A stretch of DNA of 51,714 bases from a virus: the IMG/VR virus record IMGVR_UViG_3300021389_000035, positions 1 through 51,714 of that record, one strand, 5' to 3'. Under the pieces are notes generated by a model, which was not told the origin of the DNA, made no database searches, and was given only the letters and a program-made list of their open reading frames with translations. Positions 28,761 to 36,623 of this stretch are shown here, in pieces. The position numbers were made by a program, and so were the translations under genes. How positions within the stretch are numbered: the first letter of the stretch is position 1; each line of letters starts with the position of its first letter.

Positions 28761-29437
28761 AAAATATTATACTACAACACTGGTCGGGTGAGTTGAATTC
28801 ACTGACTCTACTATCATCTATGAGTATCTCTAAGTATGCTGAGATGGTAAACGCGGACTATGAACTTGTAAGAGGTGACCAATTCACTTCTATGGATGTG
28901 AGACCCGAACTACAGAAACTTGTTATGTTGGACAAACGATGGGATGACTATGACAATGTTGTTATGGTTGATGCCGACATGTTTGTTCGTAAGGGTTGTA
29001 ATGAAAACATATTTGAGTGTGAAGGCATAGGTAGACACACTCAAGTCCAAACCAATCTGCGTTCGGGTATTGCAAGAACACTCGGTTTCGTATGGGGTAA
29101 TGAAGGTGCACCTTACTGGGGTGGATCTATATACAAACTGACCAAGGAACAACGTAAGAAGTTCCGTAGTGTATTGACTGACGATATCGTGTTACGGTAT
29201 AAACAGAACTGGGTTGATGAAGGTGTCATGCACACTCTCGCACTTAAACTGGGAATGTCCCATACACAGAAGGGTAACTATCTGGACGGTCAGATGTGGA
29301 ATTATTCTTCGTTTGAACCTGATGTGGAACGTGCAAACTTTATACATATAAGAACAAAGATAACACCTAGTGGCCCCAAAGACACTAAGATGAATAACTA
29401 CCAAAGACTGGTAGACAGAGGGTTGATATCAACCTAA
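28757..29437 (+). CDS. glycosyltransferase (GT-A type, DxD)
   Basis: WDDYDNVVMVDADMFVRKGCNENIF; WGGSIYKLT; VDEGVMHTLA. Confidence 0.65.
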   Translation: MKNIILQHWSGELNSLTLLSSMSISKYAEMVNADYELVRGDQFTSMDVRPELQKLVMLDKRWDDYDNVVMVDADMFVRKGCNENIFECEGIGRHTQVQTNLRSGIARTLGFVWGNEGAPYWGGSIYKLTKEQRKKFRSVLTDDIVLRYKQNWVDEGVMHTLALKLGMSHTQKGNYLDGQMWNYSSFEPDVERANFIHIRTKITPSGPKDTKMNNYQRLVDRGLIST

Positions 29438-29508
29438 AGAATCCCACCTACCTTGGGATCGTGACCTGAACATGTCCCTAAACTGTTCTCTTTCAAAGAT
29501 ATTAATTG

Positions 29509-29516
29509 TATAAATA
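29509..29516 (+). promoter_or_regulatory. T4-type late promoter element TATAAATA
   Basis: Exact TATAAATA, intergenic, 35 nt upstream of the start of the exported-protein operon. Confidence 0.7.
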
Positions 29517-29550
29517 GAATCGTACATAATAACTATTTTTGGATTTATTC

Positions 29551-30126
29551 ATGAAACTACTTTATACCCTACTTATTGGTGTGATTTTAACTTCTTCGGC
29601 ATATGCTCAAGAAAGTGTTATCGAAGACATTATAAAGACAGACTCTACAACTAATAGTACTGTTACCACAAAATCTGATTCGACAACTACTTTGAAGTCG
29701 CCTCCCCCTTCTGCTATTTCCCCCACGATTAATACGTCAAACTCTGACCTATGTACATTCGGTGTTGCGGGTGCAGTACAAACACAAATTCTTGGTATCT
29801 CTGCGGGTACACAGTTCACTGACTACAATTGTGAGAAACTAAAGAATGCTAAGACTTTATACGATATGGGTATGAAAGTTGCAGCAGTATCAGTGATGTG
29901 TCAAGACAGACGGGTTTTTGACGCTATGATGAATGCAGGAACACCTTGCCCATATGACGGTATGATCGGCGAAGAAGCTAAACTTGCGTGGGAAGCAGAA
30001 CTTGCCGCAGGTGGTTCACCCGAAGTGAAAAGCGATAAAGATAAAGAAAAGGAGATGACCACAAATGAGAAGACTCTTGCCGCTAGTGGTGGTATTGGCG
30101 CTCTGCTCCTCTTACTCTTACTCTGA
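29551..30126 (+). CDS. exported protein with signal peptide and C-terminal TM-like tail
   Basis: MKLLYTLLIGVILTSSAYAQE; C-terminus AASGGIGALLLLLLL. Confidence 0.65.
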   Translation: MKLLYTLLIGVILTSSAYAQESVIEDIIKTDSTTNSTVTTKSDSTTTLKSPPPSAISPTINTSNSDLCTFGVAGAVQTQILGISAGTQFTDYNCEKLKNAKTLYDMGMKVAAVSVMCQDRRVFDAMMNAGTPCPYDGMIGEEAKLAWEAELAAGGSPEVKSDKDKEKEMTTNEKTLAASGGIGALLLLLLL

Positions 30127-30925
30127 GGTCATATCCGGTACAACTAGGAACGCAACCGACTTTGGTTATAATTGGGTGATGCGAAATATCTTGCCACAAC
30201 AGGCAGGACTTGAAGTATCCAGTGTGTTGTACAGATATACTGCTATAAAGAATACCGAAGATGATATGGTCGTCTATGTCCAGAACGAAGATGCTGGCGG
30301 TGACGGTTACATCTTTCGAGAAGTGGATGATTGGTCTGGACGAAGATCGAACACTATTAATAAGATAGTTCCGGTAGACAATATACTGATAGACCGTTGG
30401 GGAGATGGTTCTATCGAATGGACTGGAGAAGGTACTGTAGAAGACGCACGGGTGGTTTACAACTATAGGTACGACCCATGTTTCGATCCACAGACTAGTC
30501 CTGACTGTCCTGGCTATGTTGTACCAATACCCGATATTCCTGAACCGGACTTGACTGCAATATACGAACAAGAACAAAGATTTATCAAGGAGGAAGCTGA
30601 GAAAAAGGCAGAACTTGATGAAGAGGAACAAAAGGAAAAGGATAGAAGGAGGGTTTCGATACAAAAGAATAGGGAACGTTTAGAAATCGCAATGGGTGCA
30701 GTTAACTCAGTGTTAATGAGTGCTGATGCACAACTAAAGCATGATCAGTTACTTGCGCTTGGTTTAATACCACCAGCATATATGAGAGATATATCTGGGG
30801 GAACATATGACGAAACAATTACATTAAAAGATGGTAAGTTACCAACTAATCCTAAAGGAAAAAGAGTTGGACTTGCTCAACAATTATTACATACAAAAAT
30901 GATAAATAGTCAGTATAACAACTAA
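30065..30925 (+). CDS. exported protein with signal peptide and charged coiled-coil
   Basis: MRRLLPLVVVLALCSSYSYSEV; central KKAELDEEEQKEKDRRR. Confidence 0.65.
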   Translation: MRRLLPLVVVLALCSSYSYSEVISGTTRNATDFGYNWVMRNILPQQAGLEVSSVLYRYTAIKNTEDDMVVYVQNEDAGGDGYIFREVDDWSGRRSNTINKIVPVDNILIDRWGDGSIEWTGEGTVEDARVVYNYRYDPCFDPQTSPDCPGYVVPIPDIPEPDLTAIYEQEQRFIKEEAEKKAELDEEEQKEKDRRRVSIQKNRERLEIAMGAVNSVLMSADAQLKHDQLLALGLIPPAYMRDISGGTYDETITLKDGKLPTNPKGKRVGLAQQLLHTKMINSQYNN

Positions 30926-30941
30926 TCTATAGGGGATAGTT

Positions 30942-31442
30942 ATGTTTAAACAAATTTTATTTGCCACGGTCGCATTAACTTCGACTGGCGTTATGGCATT
31001 TACAGAAGTGCCAATTACTGGTAACGTGGAGTCTAAGTGTGTTATCACTACCGACACGCCCGGAGTCTTTGGTAACCCTGTTAGCAATATTCTTAGTACT
31101 AAGTCGATAGATGGTGGGGTAGAACCTATCGTTCGATTCGATATCATTGAAGCTGGATCTTACAAGGCGGTTCTATCGTATCCTATCGAGTTTACCACTT
31201 CACCGTATTTGAACGATGTTGTGAATTGGACAGGATTGATTGATATTGCTGAAGTATCAGATACGTTGATGAATGACTTCGACAACACCAAAGTACTGTA
31301 CAACAATGTTACAGAATATGATTTGACTGTTGCTGGTAGTATATGGTTCAGATCAGAATCTCAAGCAGACTATGGTTATGGGAAATCATTTCCTGGCGGT
31401 GTCTACCGTGCCGCAGTCAGTGCTGAGTGTATAGCGCAATAA
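30942..31442 (+). CDS. exported beta-rich protein, possibly fimbrial/adhesin-like
   Basis: MFKQILFATVALTSTGVMAFTEVPITGNVESKCVITTDTPGVFG...FPGGVYRAAVSAECIAQ. Confidence 0.6.
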   Translation: MFKQILFATVALTSTGVMAFTEVPITGNVESKCVITTDTPGVFGNPVSNILSTKSIDGGVEPIVRFDIIEAGSYKAVLSYPIEFTTSPYLNDVVNWTGLIDIAEVSDTLMNDFDNTKVLYNNVTEYDLTVAGSIWFRSESQADYGYGKSFPGGVYRAAVSAECIAQ

Positions 31443-31446
31443 TATC

Positions 31447-31821
31447 ATGCGTTATATTATGATGTTATTAGTCCTTATCGGTGGGTATGCGAATGCCCAC
31501 CAATGGACACCCACGTACCCAAAACTGAAGTTATCTCATGTCTCTGGTATTATGAAAGTTGATATGGAACTCTTCAACAGCAGGCAGGATGTTGGTTGGT
31601 ATGAAATATCCGTGTTCGATAAAGATTGGAATCCGGTAAAGTTTGCGGTAGGTGGTGAACGAATACTAAATGTTCCCTATCTAAAGAAACAAAAAGTGGA
31701 AGTGTATGTTAGATTTGGTGATACTAAACTTGTCAAATACATATGCAGTAAATCTAAGATAATAGCAGAAGATGAAAGAGTAACGGTGGTATCATCGAGG
31801 ATATGTTCGAAACTTAAATAG
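31447..31821 (+). CDS. exported small protein, possibly pilus-chaperone N-domain-like
   Basis: MRYIMMLLVLIGGYANAHQWTPTYPKL; VDMELFNSRQDVGWYEISVFDKDWNPVKFAV. Confidence 0.55.
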   Translation: MRYIMMLLVLIGGYANAHQWTPTYPKLKLSHVSGIMKVDMELFNSRQDVGWYEISVFDKDWNPVKFAVGGERILNVPYLKKQKVEVYVRFGDTKLVKYICSKSKIIAEDERVTVVSSRICSKLK

Positions 31822-32267
31822 TGAGTGATGCAGTGAGATATTTTATAGTGATCCTAACAATATTATGTGTGGGACAGGTTCATGGAGATTCTAGTGCTTT
31901 GAATCTATCATTACCTCAATCCCCATCTAATTATGCTTCAGATCAAATTAGGGCTGGTGATATAGATTGTCGGAACGCAATTGGTTCTGCTACTAACGTA
32001 GAGTTCGGTGTTGTCGGTATAATCAATCAAGATGATCCATTCAATACGATGGGTATTGACAGTAACCTATACAATAATGGTAGTGGTAAAATGAAAGATG
32101 TTGGTGTATATGCCAAGATCACCATACCTATAGGTGCACCAAAAGAAAGAATCAACTGTAATACATTATACCAATTAGAACTTACTAAGAAAAGATTAGA
32201 AGTCCAGAAGTTACAAGCAGAGTTGGCGAATCTAAGAAAACTGAAATTCGAGGGTGATGAGAAATAA
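31821..32267 (+). CDS. exported small protein
   Basis: MSDAVRYFIVILTILCVGQVHGDSS signal-like N-terminus; C-terminal LELTKKRLEVQKLQAELANLRKL coiled-coil. Confidence 0.6.
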   Translation: MSDAVRYFIVILTILCVGQVHGDSSALNLSLPQSPSNYASDQIRAGDIDCRNAIGSATNVEFGVVGIINQDDPFNTMGIDSNLYNNGSGKMKDVGVYAKITIPIGAPKERINCNTLYQLELTKKRLEVQKLQAELANLRKLKFEGDEK

Positions 32268-32779
32268 TGTCAGAAGAAGAAGACAAAACAGAAATCGAAT
32301 TTGGAGGAATGACCTTCAAAGGTGGTAGGATGTTCGCATTGATCACCGCTCTCTCTACACTTGGTGGTGCAGCCTGGGGTGGTTTTGAATTCTACAATGA
32401 CTATCGTAATATGAAAGAGATTGTGGAGAATATTGACGTAGACGCTATCTCAGCACGTAACGATATTATTGAGACCAAACTAGACGAAGCAATAGAGTAT
32501 ACCCGTGACATTAAGTCTGGTCTACGTGACGACATCATCTCTATCGAGAAACAAGCAGACCGTGTAGAGGACAATCTAAGAATTACCGAAACTGAAGTAC
32601 GTGACATGATCGATAAAGCAAATGATCGATTCGAAGACAAACGCAACCAACTACAAGAAAACTACGATACCCAACTCAACCGTCTACGTGACAAGAACGA
32701 CCGAGAGTTAAAAGAACTCGAAGAACGTCTCACAGACCTAGTTCAAAAGGCATTGGATAACCCCCTGTCCGATAACTAA
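32267..32779 (+). CDS. TM plus long coiled-coil protein
   Basis: MFALITALSTLGGAAWGGFEF followed by ~120 aa highly charged heptad-like region. Confidence 0.6.
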   Translation: MSEEEDKTEIEFGGMTFKGGRMFALITALSTLGGAAWGGFEFYNDYRNMKEIVENIDVDAISARNDIIETKLDEAIEYTRDIKSGLRDDIISIEKQADRVEDNLRITETEVRDMIDKANDRFEDKRNQLQENYDTQLNRLRDKNDRELKELEERLTDLVQKALDNPLSDN

Positions 32780-32781
32780 GT

Positions 32782-32817
32782 ACACACCAATTCGCATATA
32801 AAGAGAATTTGTGTATA
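32782..32817 (+). terminator. imperfect inverted repeat, possible terminator without a U-tract
   Basis: ACACACCAATTC...GAATTTGTGTAT hairpin between the exported-protein operon and the next promoter. Confidence 0.4.
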
Positions 32818-32829
32818 CCTAATCCCCCC

Positions 32830-32858
32830 TTGACATCCTCCCCTTACTGTGGTATACT
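32830..32858 (+). promoter_or_regulatory. sigma70 promoter
   Basis: TTGACA-N17-TATACT. Confidence 0.75.
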
Positions 32859-32952
32859 AAGCCTTATCCAGTCGGGGAGGGTGATTATACCTTTCCGTTA
32901 TATCAAACCCCATAAAAGTGTTAAAAAGTCTAAAAGAATCAGCTGATAAGTG

Positions 32953-32981
32953 TTGACTTCTTGTTATGATTATGAGATAAT
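32953..32981 (+). promoter_or_regulatory. repeated early-type promoter module copy 1
   Basis: TTGACT-N17-GATAAT followed by ATTGAGTTGAGAG. Confidence 0.7.
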
Positions 32982-33012
32982 GGTTACCTAATTGAGTTGA
33001 GAGGTGTTTGTT

Positions 33013-33183
33013 ATGACTTTATCTTTTGAATGTGTTACCCAAAACTTTCCATCAACAATTGGTATGGCGGTAGGTTCTACCGTTATCGTGCGGGACGTTC
33101 CCGCTTCATCTAACCCAAACGGGGTGGCCACTCTAGAGGTCAAACGTCTGACCGAAGACTACTGCGATGTACAGGAGTTATAA
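33013..33183 (+). CDS. small hypothetical protein (56 aa)
   Basis: ATG after promoter module and GAGAGG: MTLSFECVTQNFPSTIGMAVGSTVIVRDVP... Confidence 0.5.
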   Translation: MTLSFECVTQNFPSTIGMAVGSTVIVRDVPASSNPNGVATLEVKRLTEDYCDVQEL

Positions 33184-33222
33184 AGACTTCGGTTCTCATG
33201 ACAAAATGTTCTAAAGAAAGTG

Positions 33223-33251
33223 TTGACTTCTTGTTATGATTATGAGATAAT
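33223..33251 (+). promoter_or_regulatory. repeated early-type promoter module copy 2
   Basis: TTGACT-N17-GATAAT; >50 bp identical to copy 1. Confidence 0.7.
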
Positions 33252-33278
33252 GGTTACCTAATTGAGTTGAGAGATATT

Positions 33279-33416
33279 ATGAATAGAGAAGAACAGATTA
33301 CTTACCACTGGAATGACTTGATGGTTCATTGTGAAACTAAAGAACGTTTCAATGAAGAAGAGTTCGAAAGAATCTACAACGAGATTGTTGCAAAAATCAA
33401 TGAGATGGAGAATTAA
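33279..33416 (+). CDS. small hypothetical protein (45 aa)
   Basis: ATG after GAGAG; MNREEQITYHWNDLMVHCETKERFNEEEFERIYNEIVAKINEMEN. Confidence 0.5.
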   Translation: MNREEQITYHWNDLMVHCETKERFNEEEFERIYNEIVAKINEMEN

Positions 33417-33417
33417 A

Positions 33418-33720
33418 ATGACCGCATTCGTTAAAGAAAACTTCAGCTGGGACGGTATGTACCTTATGTATCAAGGTGAGTTCGAAGGTTCACGCACTAT
33501 GGAAGAGATAGCACCGAACTGTCACCCATCTTGGTATGGTCAACCAGAACGTAGGTTCATTGCGCGATTCAAGTATGGTTCGAAACCATTTAAGTCTTGG
33601 ATTAACTTCCTATGTAAGAAAGTCTCGATCGAAGAGTATATCGAGATGAGTCAAAAAACTAGTCCGATGGAGACGATGGAATACTTCGGTTTCAAACCAC
33701 GTAAGAAGAGGACTGTATGA
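33418..33720 (+). CDS. hypothetical protein
   Basis: MTAFVKENFSWDGMYLMYQGEFEGS...; ATG immediately after the upstream stop. Confidence 0.6.
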   Translation: MTAFVKENFSWDGMYLMYQGEFEGSRTMEEIAPNCHPSWYGQPERRFIARFKYGSKPFKSWINFLCKKVSIEEYIEMSQKTSPMETMEYFGFKPRKKRTV

Positions 33721-33935
33721 TGTACGGTAAAGTTGGCGACACTATTCAATGGGAAACTCATAATGCCATAATTACAGGTGAGATAGTGTTTGTTCATGAG
33801 AATCTAATCGATAACGATATTGATTACTATAGTATTGCGACTGGCCCTGAACCTATGGACAGACACTTTCTTGATAGTAAAATGATGAAAACCCTTAATG
33901 TTAAAAATTTATCTAACGGAGAACAATATGTCTAA
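33717..33935 (+). CDS. hypothetical protein
   Basis: 72 aa ORF, ATGA overlap. Confidence 0.5.
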   Translation: MMYGKVGDTIQWETHNAIITGEIVFVHENLIDNDIDYYSIATGPEPMDRHFLDSKMMKTLNVKNLSNGEQYV

Positions 33936-34152
33936 AATGATGATTGAAATGGAAGAGGAACAGGTTGACGCGATAATGATCAGTGAATTGAAATGGCACC
34001 TCGAAACCTTCAGGAAAGATCTGGAACGCAGAGAAAAGGGTGGGGGTTTGTCTATATTTGATAATGACCCTAAGGCTGATGTTGTTTACCTGAATGAATA
34101 TATCGAGGCCTTCGGTTTAGTGTTGGATTACTATGGTGGTAATCTAAAATGA
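33928..34152 (+). CDS. hypothetical protein
   Basis: MSKMMIEMEEEQVDAIMISELKWH... Confidence 0.5.
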   Translation: MSKMMIEMEEEQVDAIMISELKWHLETFRKDLERREKGGGLSIFDNDPKADVVYLNEYIEAFGLVLDYYGGNLK

Positions 34153-34304
34153 GTAAGTCACTCGTATTGGGGATAATTGAGGAAGAGTTAACTCGACTTC
34201 ATAAGGAAGCAAAAGAAAGTACAGAAACTTCTACTCTCTTAATGGCTGCCCACGCTATTGGACTGATGCAGAGAGTGAAACAACGTATCGAAGAGGAAGT
34301 ATAG
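34149..34304 (+). CDS. small hypothetical protein (51 aa)
   Basis: ATGA overlap with the upstream stop; MSKSLVLGIIEEELTRLHKEAKES...EEEV. Confidence 0.5.
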   Translation: MSKSLVLGIIEEELTRLHKEAKESTETSTLLMAAHAIGLMQRVKQRIEEEV

Positions 34305-34305
34305 A

Positions 34306-34596
34306 ATGATTCACGGTAGTATGCGACACTATGCAAATGGACGTAAGAAGAAGTACAATGCATGGACGACCAAGAAACGTGAACACACGTTTACTGAATA
34401 TACACCGGAACAACCTTATATACGTGAGACTCCGGTTTATAACTCTCTTGATACTGGTACGGGTAGTACATTAAAGAAAGAAAGAATGGTGTATACCGGA
34501 ACCTTGGTCAAGGGTATCAGTACTATGCACAAGTCTAATGCGGTACCGATTATCAACCAAGAAGAAGCCATAGAACATGCGAGGATGAGACGATGA
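34306..34596 (+). CDS. hypothetical protein
   Basis: 96 aa ORF. Confidence 0.5.
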   Translation: MIHGSMRHYANGRKKKYNAWTTKKREHTFTEYTPEQPYIRETPVYNSLDTGTGSTLKKERMVYTGTLVKGISTMHKSNAVPIINQEEAIEHARMRR

Positions 34597-34829
34597 GTGA
34601 ACGACTATTGACTTCTCTATGGAGAGAAGAACTGACTGACTGGGGTGACCATAAGACTCCGAACCATACCTACATTACCCGAGGTTCTCAGTTGATAGGG
34701 TATGTCAAACGTGGTACGACCGAGGTAATCGAGTTCAGTACACCCCTGAAGACTTGGGCAGTGACTCGCAGGAAGTTCCGCAAGTTATCCAAAAAAGAGA
34801 TAAGAACCTATCTTGATATAACAAAATGA
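34593..34829 (+). CDS. hypothetical protein
   Basis: 78 aa ORF, ATGA overlap. Confidence 0.5.
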   Translation: MSERLLTSLWREELTDWGDHKTPNHTYITRGSQLIGYVKRGTTEVIEFSTPLKTWAVTRRKFRKLSKKEIRTYLDITK

Positions 34830-34852
34830 TCTAAAAATAAGTGAAATAAATC

Positions 34853-34881
34853 TTGCATACTTGTTATTATTATGAGACAAT
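34853..34881 (+). promoter_or_regulatory. repeated early-type promoter module copy 3
   Basis: TTGCAT-N17-GACAAT then CCTATTGAGTTGAGAGGTGTTTGTTATG. Confidence 0.6.
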
Positions 34882-34911
34882 AGTACCCTATTGAGTTGAG
34901 AGGTGTTTGTT

Positions 34912-35151
34912 ATGTTTCCAGTTAAGTTGAATGATTTTCGTGATTATGTCCATATGTTCTACGGTAAGGACGGTATCTATGACCTTGGTTGTAGTATCCC
35001 TGATATCCAGTCTGCGATTATGGAATATATGACTAGTCTAGCAATGCACGCCCACCAAGAGAATTCTATGACTTGGGGTGACGGTGACAGTCTTGACCGT
35101 GAACGTGTTCGTGCGATTTTAGAGTCTAATGGTTTCGAGGAGATTAAATAA
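34912..35151 (+). CDS. hypothetical protein
   Basis: MFPVKLNDFRDYVHMFYG... Confidence 0.55.
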   Translation: MFPVKLNDFRDYVHMFYGKDGIYDLGCSIPDIQSAIMEYMTSLAMHAHQENSMTWGDGDSLDRERVRAILESNGFEEIK

Positions 35152-35564
35152 TGTATGTTTTTATCGAAGGTCGTCATAAGAATAAAGCGGTTGTTGAAAA
35201 ATATGTCGATAACCTATGTCGTGCATTGCAGATCAATCGTCTTCAACGTCTATTGACCATTCGATTCAAAGGAACATTAGAAGGTTCTGCCCAAGGTCTG
35301 TGTCACGGTGAACATGACTATGCTGAGATTGAGATTGGTACCAAAGGTCAGACCTTTATGCGTCAGATGCAAGCACTTGCTCACGAGATGGTTCATGCGA
35401 AACAATTCTTGCGTGGAGAATTATCCTCGACCGGTGTTTGGAAGTGGAAAGGTCGTAAGGCAGAGAATTACGAATACCTTAACCAACCTTGGGAAAAGGA
35501 AGCCTACAAGATGGAACGTGATCTGTTCTTGGACTTCTTCCCATTCGATATGGAAGTGAAATGA
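35151..35564 (+). CDS. zincin-like metallopeptidase-fold protein
   Basis: MQALAHEMVHAKQFLRGEL (HExxH) with downstream E...KEAYKME. Confidence 0.65.
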   Translation: MYVFIEGRHKNKAVVEKYVDNLCRALQINRLQRLLTIRFKGTLEGSAQGLCHGEHDYAEIEIGTKGQTFMRQMQALAHEMVHAKQFLRGELSSTGVWKWKGRKAENYEYLNQPWEKEAYKMERDLFLDFFPFDMEVK

Positions 35565-35758
35565 TACGTTTTGTTTTTCTCTCGATTAGTTTCTTGATAC
35601 TAGTTCACGCAGTAAGTTTACGGCTTGAATTTGGTGATGCGGGATTTTGGTCTTTGGCGACTATTCCCGCATTGGGATATATTCTCCTATTTTTATCTGA
35701 CATATGGAAATATATACATAGTTATGAAACAACAAAGAGGAGACGTGACACAAAATGA
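35561..35758 (+). CDS. two-TM membrane protein
   Basis: MIRFVFLSISFLILVHAV...LATIPALGYILLFLSDIW. Confidence 0.5.
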   Translation: MIRFVFLSISFLILVHAVSLRLEFGDAGFWSLATIPALGYILLFLSDIWKYIHSYETTKRRRDTK

Positions 35759-36120
35759 AAGCACTACTATTGATCGGTGCCCTTGCGGTAACCGGATGTT
35801 CAACCATATCTAACACTAGTTTCTATGATGATAATGAAAGTAAGGCAGTAGTTGATGTCTGGGTATCAGTTCAGAATTTAGATTGTTCATCTGAACTAGC
35901 GCCACTACAGGTCGATGACATTGTACAATCCAAACAATGGTTAAAGACTTATTCAACTGGGAAGGGATCTAAAGATGTCCTTGAGATGGTCAGTATCTTC
36001 GAGAAGAGTCTCGATGGACTATCCGGAAGAGAATTTGGAGAGACCTACTGTAACTTAAAAAAGAAGACATTAATAAACCAGTCCGAGAAAATGACTAAAG
36101 CAATGATGAGGAGATTTTAA
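35755..36120 (+). CDS. lipoprotein
   Basis: MKALLLIGALAVTGCSTIS lipobox (LAVTGC). Confidence 0.6.
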   Translation: MKALLLIGALAVTGCSTISNTSFYDDNESKAVVDVWVSVQNLDCSSELAPLQVDDIVQSKQWLKTYSTGKGSKDVLEMVSIFEKSLDGLSGREFGETYCNLKKKTLINQSEKMTKAMMRRF

Positions 36121-36299
36121 TGGAAAGCTATGATCAAAGAATTAAAGACATCCAATTGTTAGACGAACTGTCTACCGATGAGAAACGTGAACTATTAGAA
36201 GATCTCAGATTAGAGATTGAGATGGATGATGCTGTAAGTGATATGGAAACCAAAGCTACCCTATTGAAGACAGTTAATCTGTTGATGAAAGTTATTTAA
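36120..36299 (+). CDS. small hypothetical protein (59 aa)
   Basis: Start overlaps the upstream stop; MESYDQRIKDIQLLDELSTDEKRELLEDLRLE... Confidence 0.5.
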   Translation: MESYDQRIKDIQLLDELSTDEKRELLEDLRLEIEMDDAVSDMETKATLLKTVNLLMKVI

Positions 36300-36318
36300 C
36301 TTTTTTTGAAAAAAAGTG

Positions 36319-36347
36319 TTGCCAACTTGTTCTGAATATGAGATAAT
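36319..36347 (+). promoter_or_regulatory. repeated early-type promoter module copy 4
   Basis: TTGCCA-N17-GATAAT then TTGAATTGAGTTAACC. Confidence 0.6.
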
Positions 36348-36361
36348 GTCCTTGTTGAATT

Positions 36362-36386
36362 GAGTTAACCTTTTAAATAGAGAGTA
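36362..36386 (+). repeat. 25 bp direct repeat, copy A
   Basis: GAGTTAACCTTTTAAATAGAGAGTA, identical to 36593-36617. Confidence 0.85.
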
Positions 36387-36389
36387 ACT

Positions 36390-36593
36390 ATGTTTGGATG
36401 TAGATTAGATAGATTCGTTATTGCTGGTCAGGATGGCAAGCCAATGCCCGAAACAGATGATGAGCTCGAAGTAAGAGCTTACCAAATAGGCAGAGCGCAG
36501 GCAGGAATAGCGCCCCTGAAAGTAATAACGGAAACAAAAGTAGAACAGCGCCCGCGAGAGTCGTGGAAAACATTGGGAATTGTTGGCGCATAG
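36390..36593 (+). CDS. hypothetical protein flanked by direct repeats
   Basis: 67 aa ORF between the two repeat copies. Confidence 0.5.
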   Translation: MFGCRLDRFVIAGQDGKPMPETDDELEVRAYQIGRAQAGIAPLKVITETKVEQRPRESWKTLGIVGA

Positions 36594-36617
36594 AGTTAAC
36601 CTTTTAAATAGAGAGTA
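36593..36617 (+). repeat. 25 bp direct repeat, copy B
   Basis: Identical to copy A. Confidence 0.85.
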
Positions 36618-36623
36618 TATATT

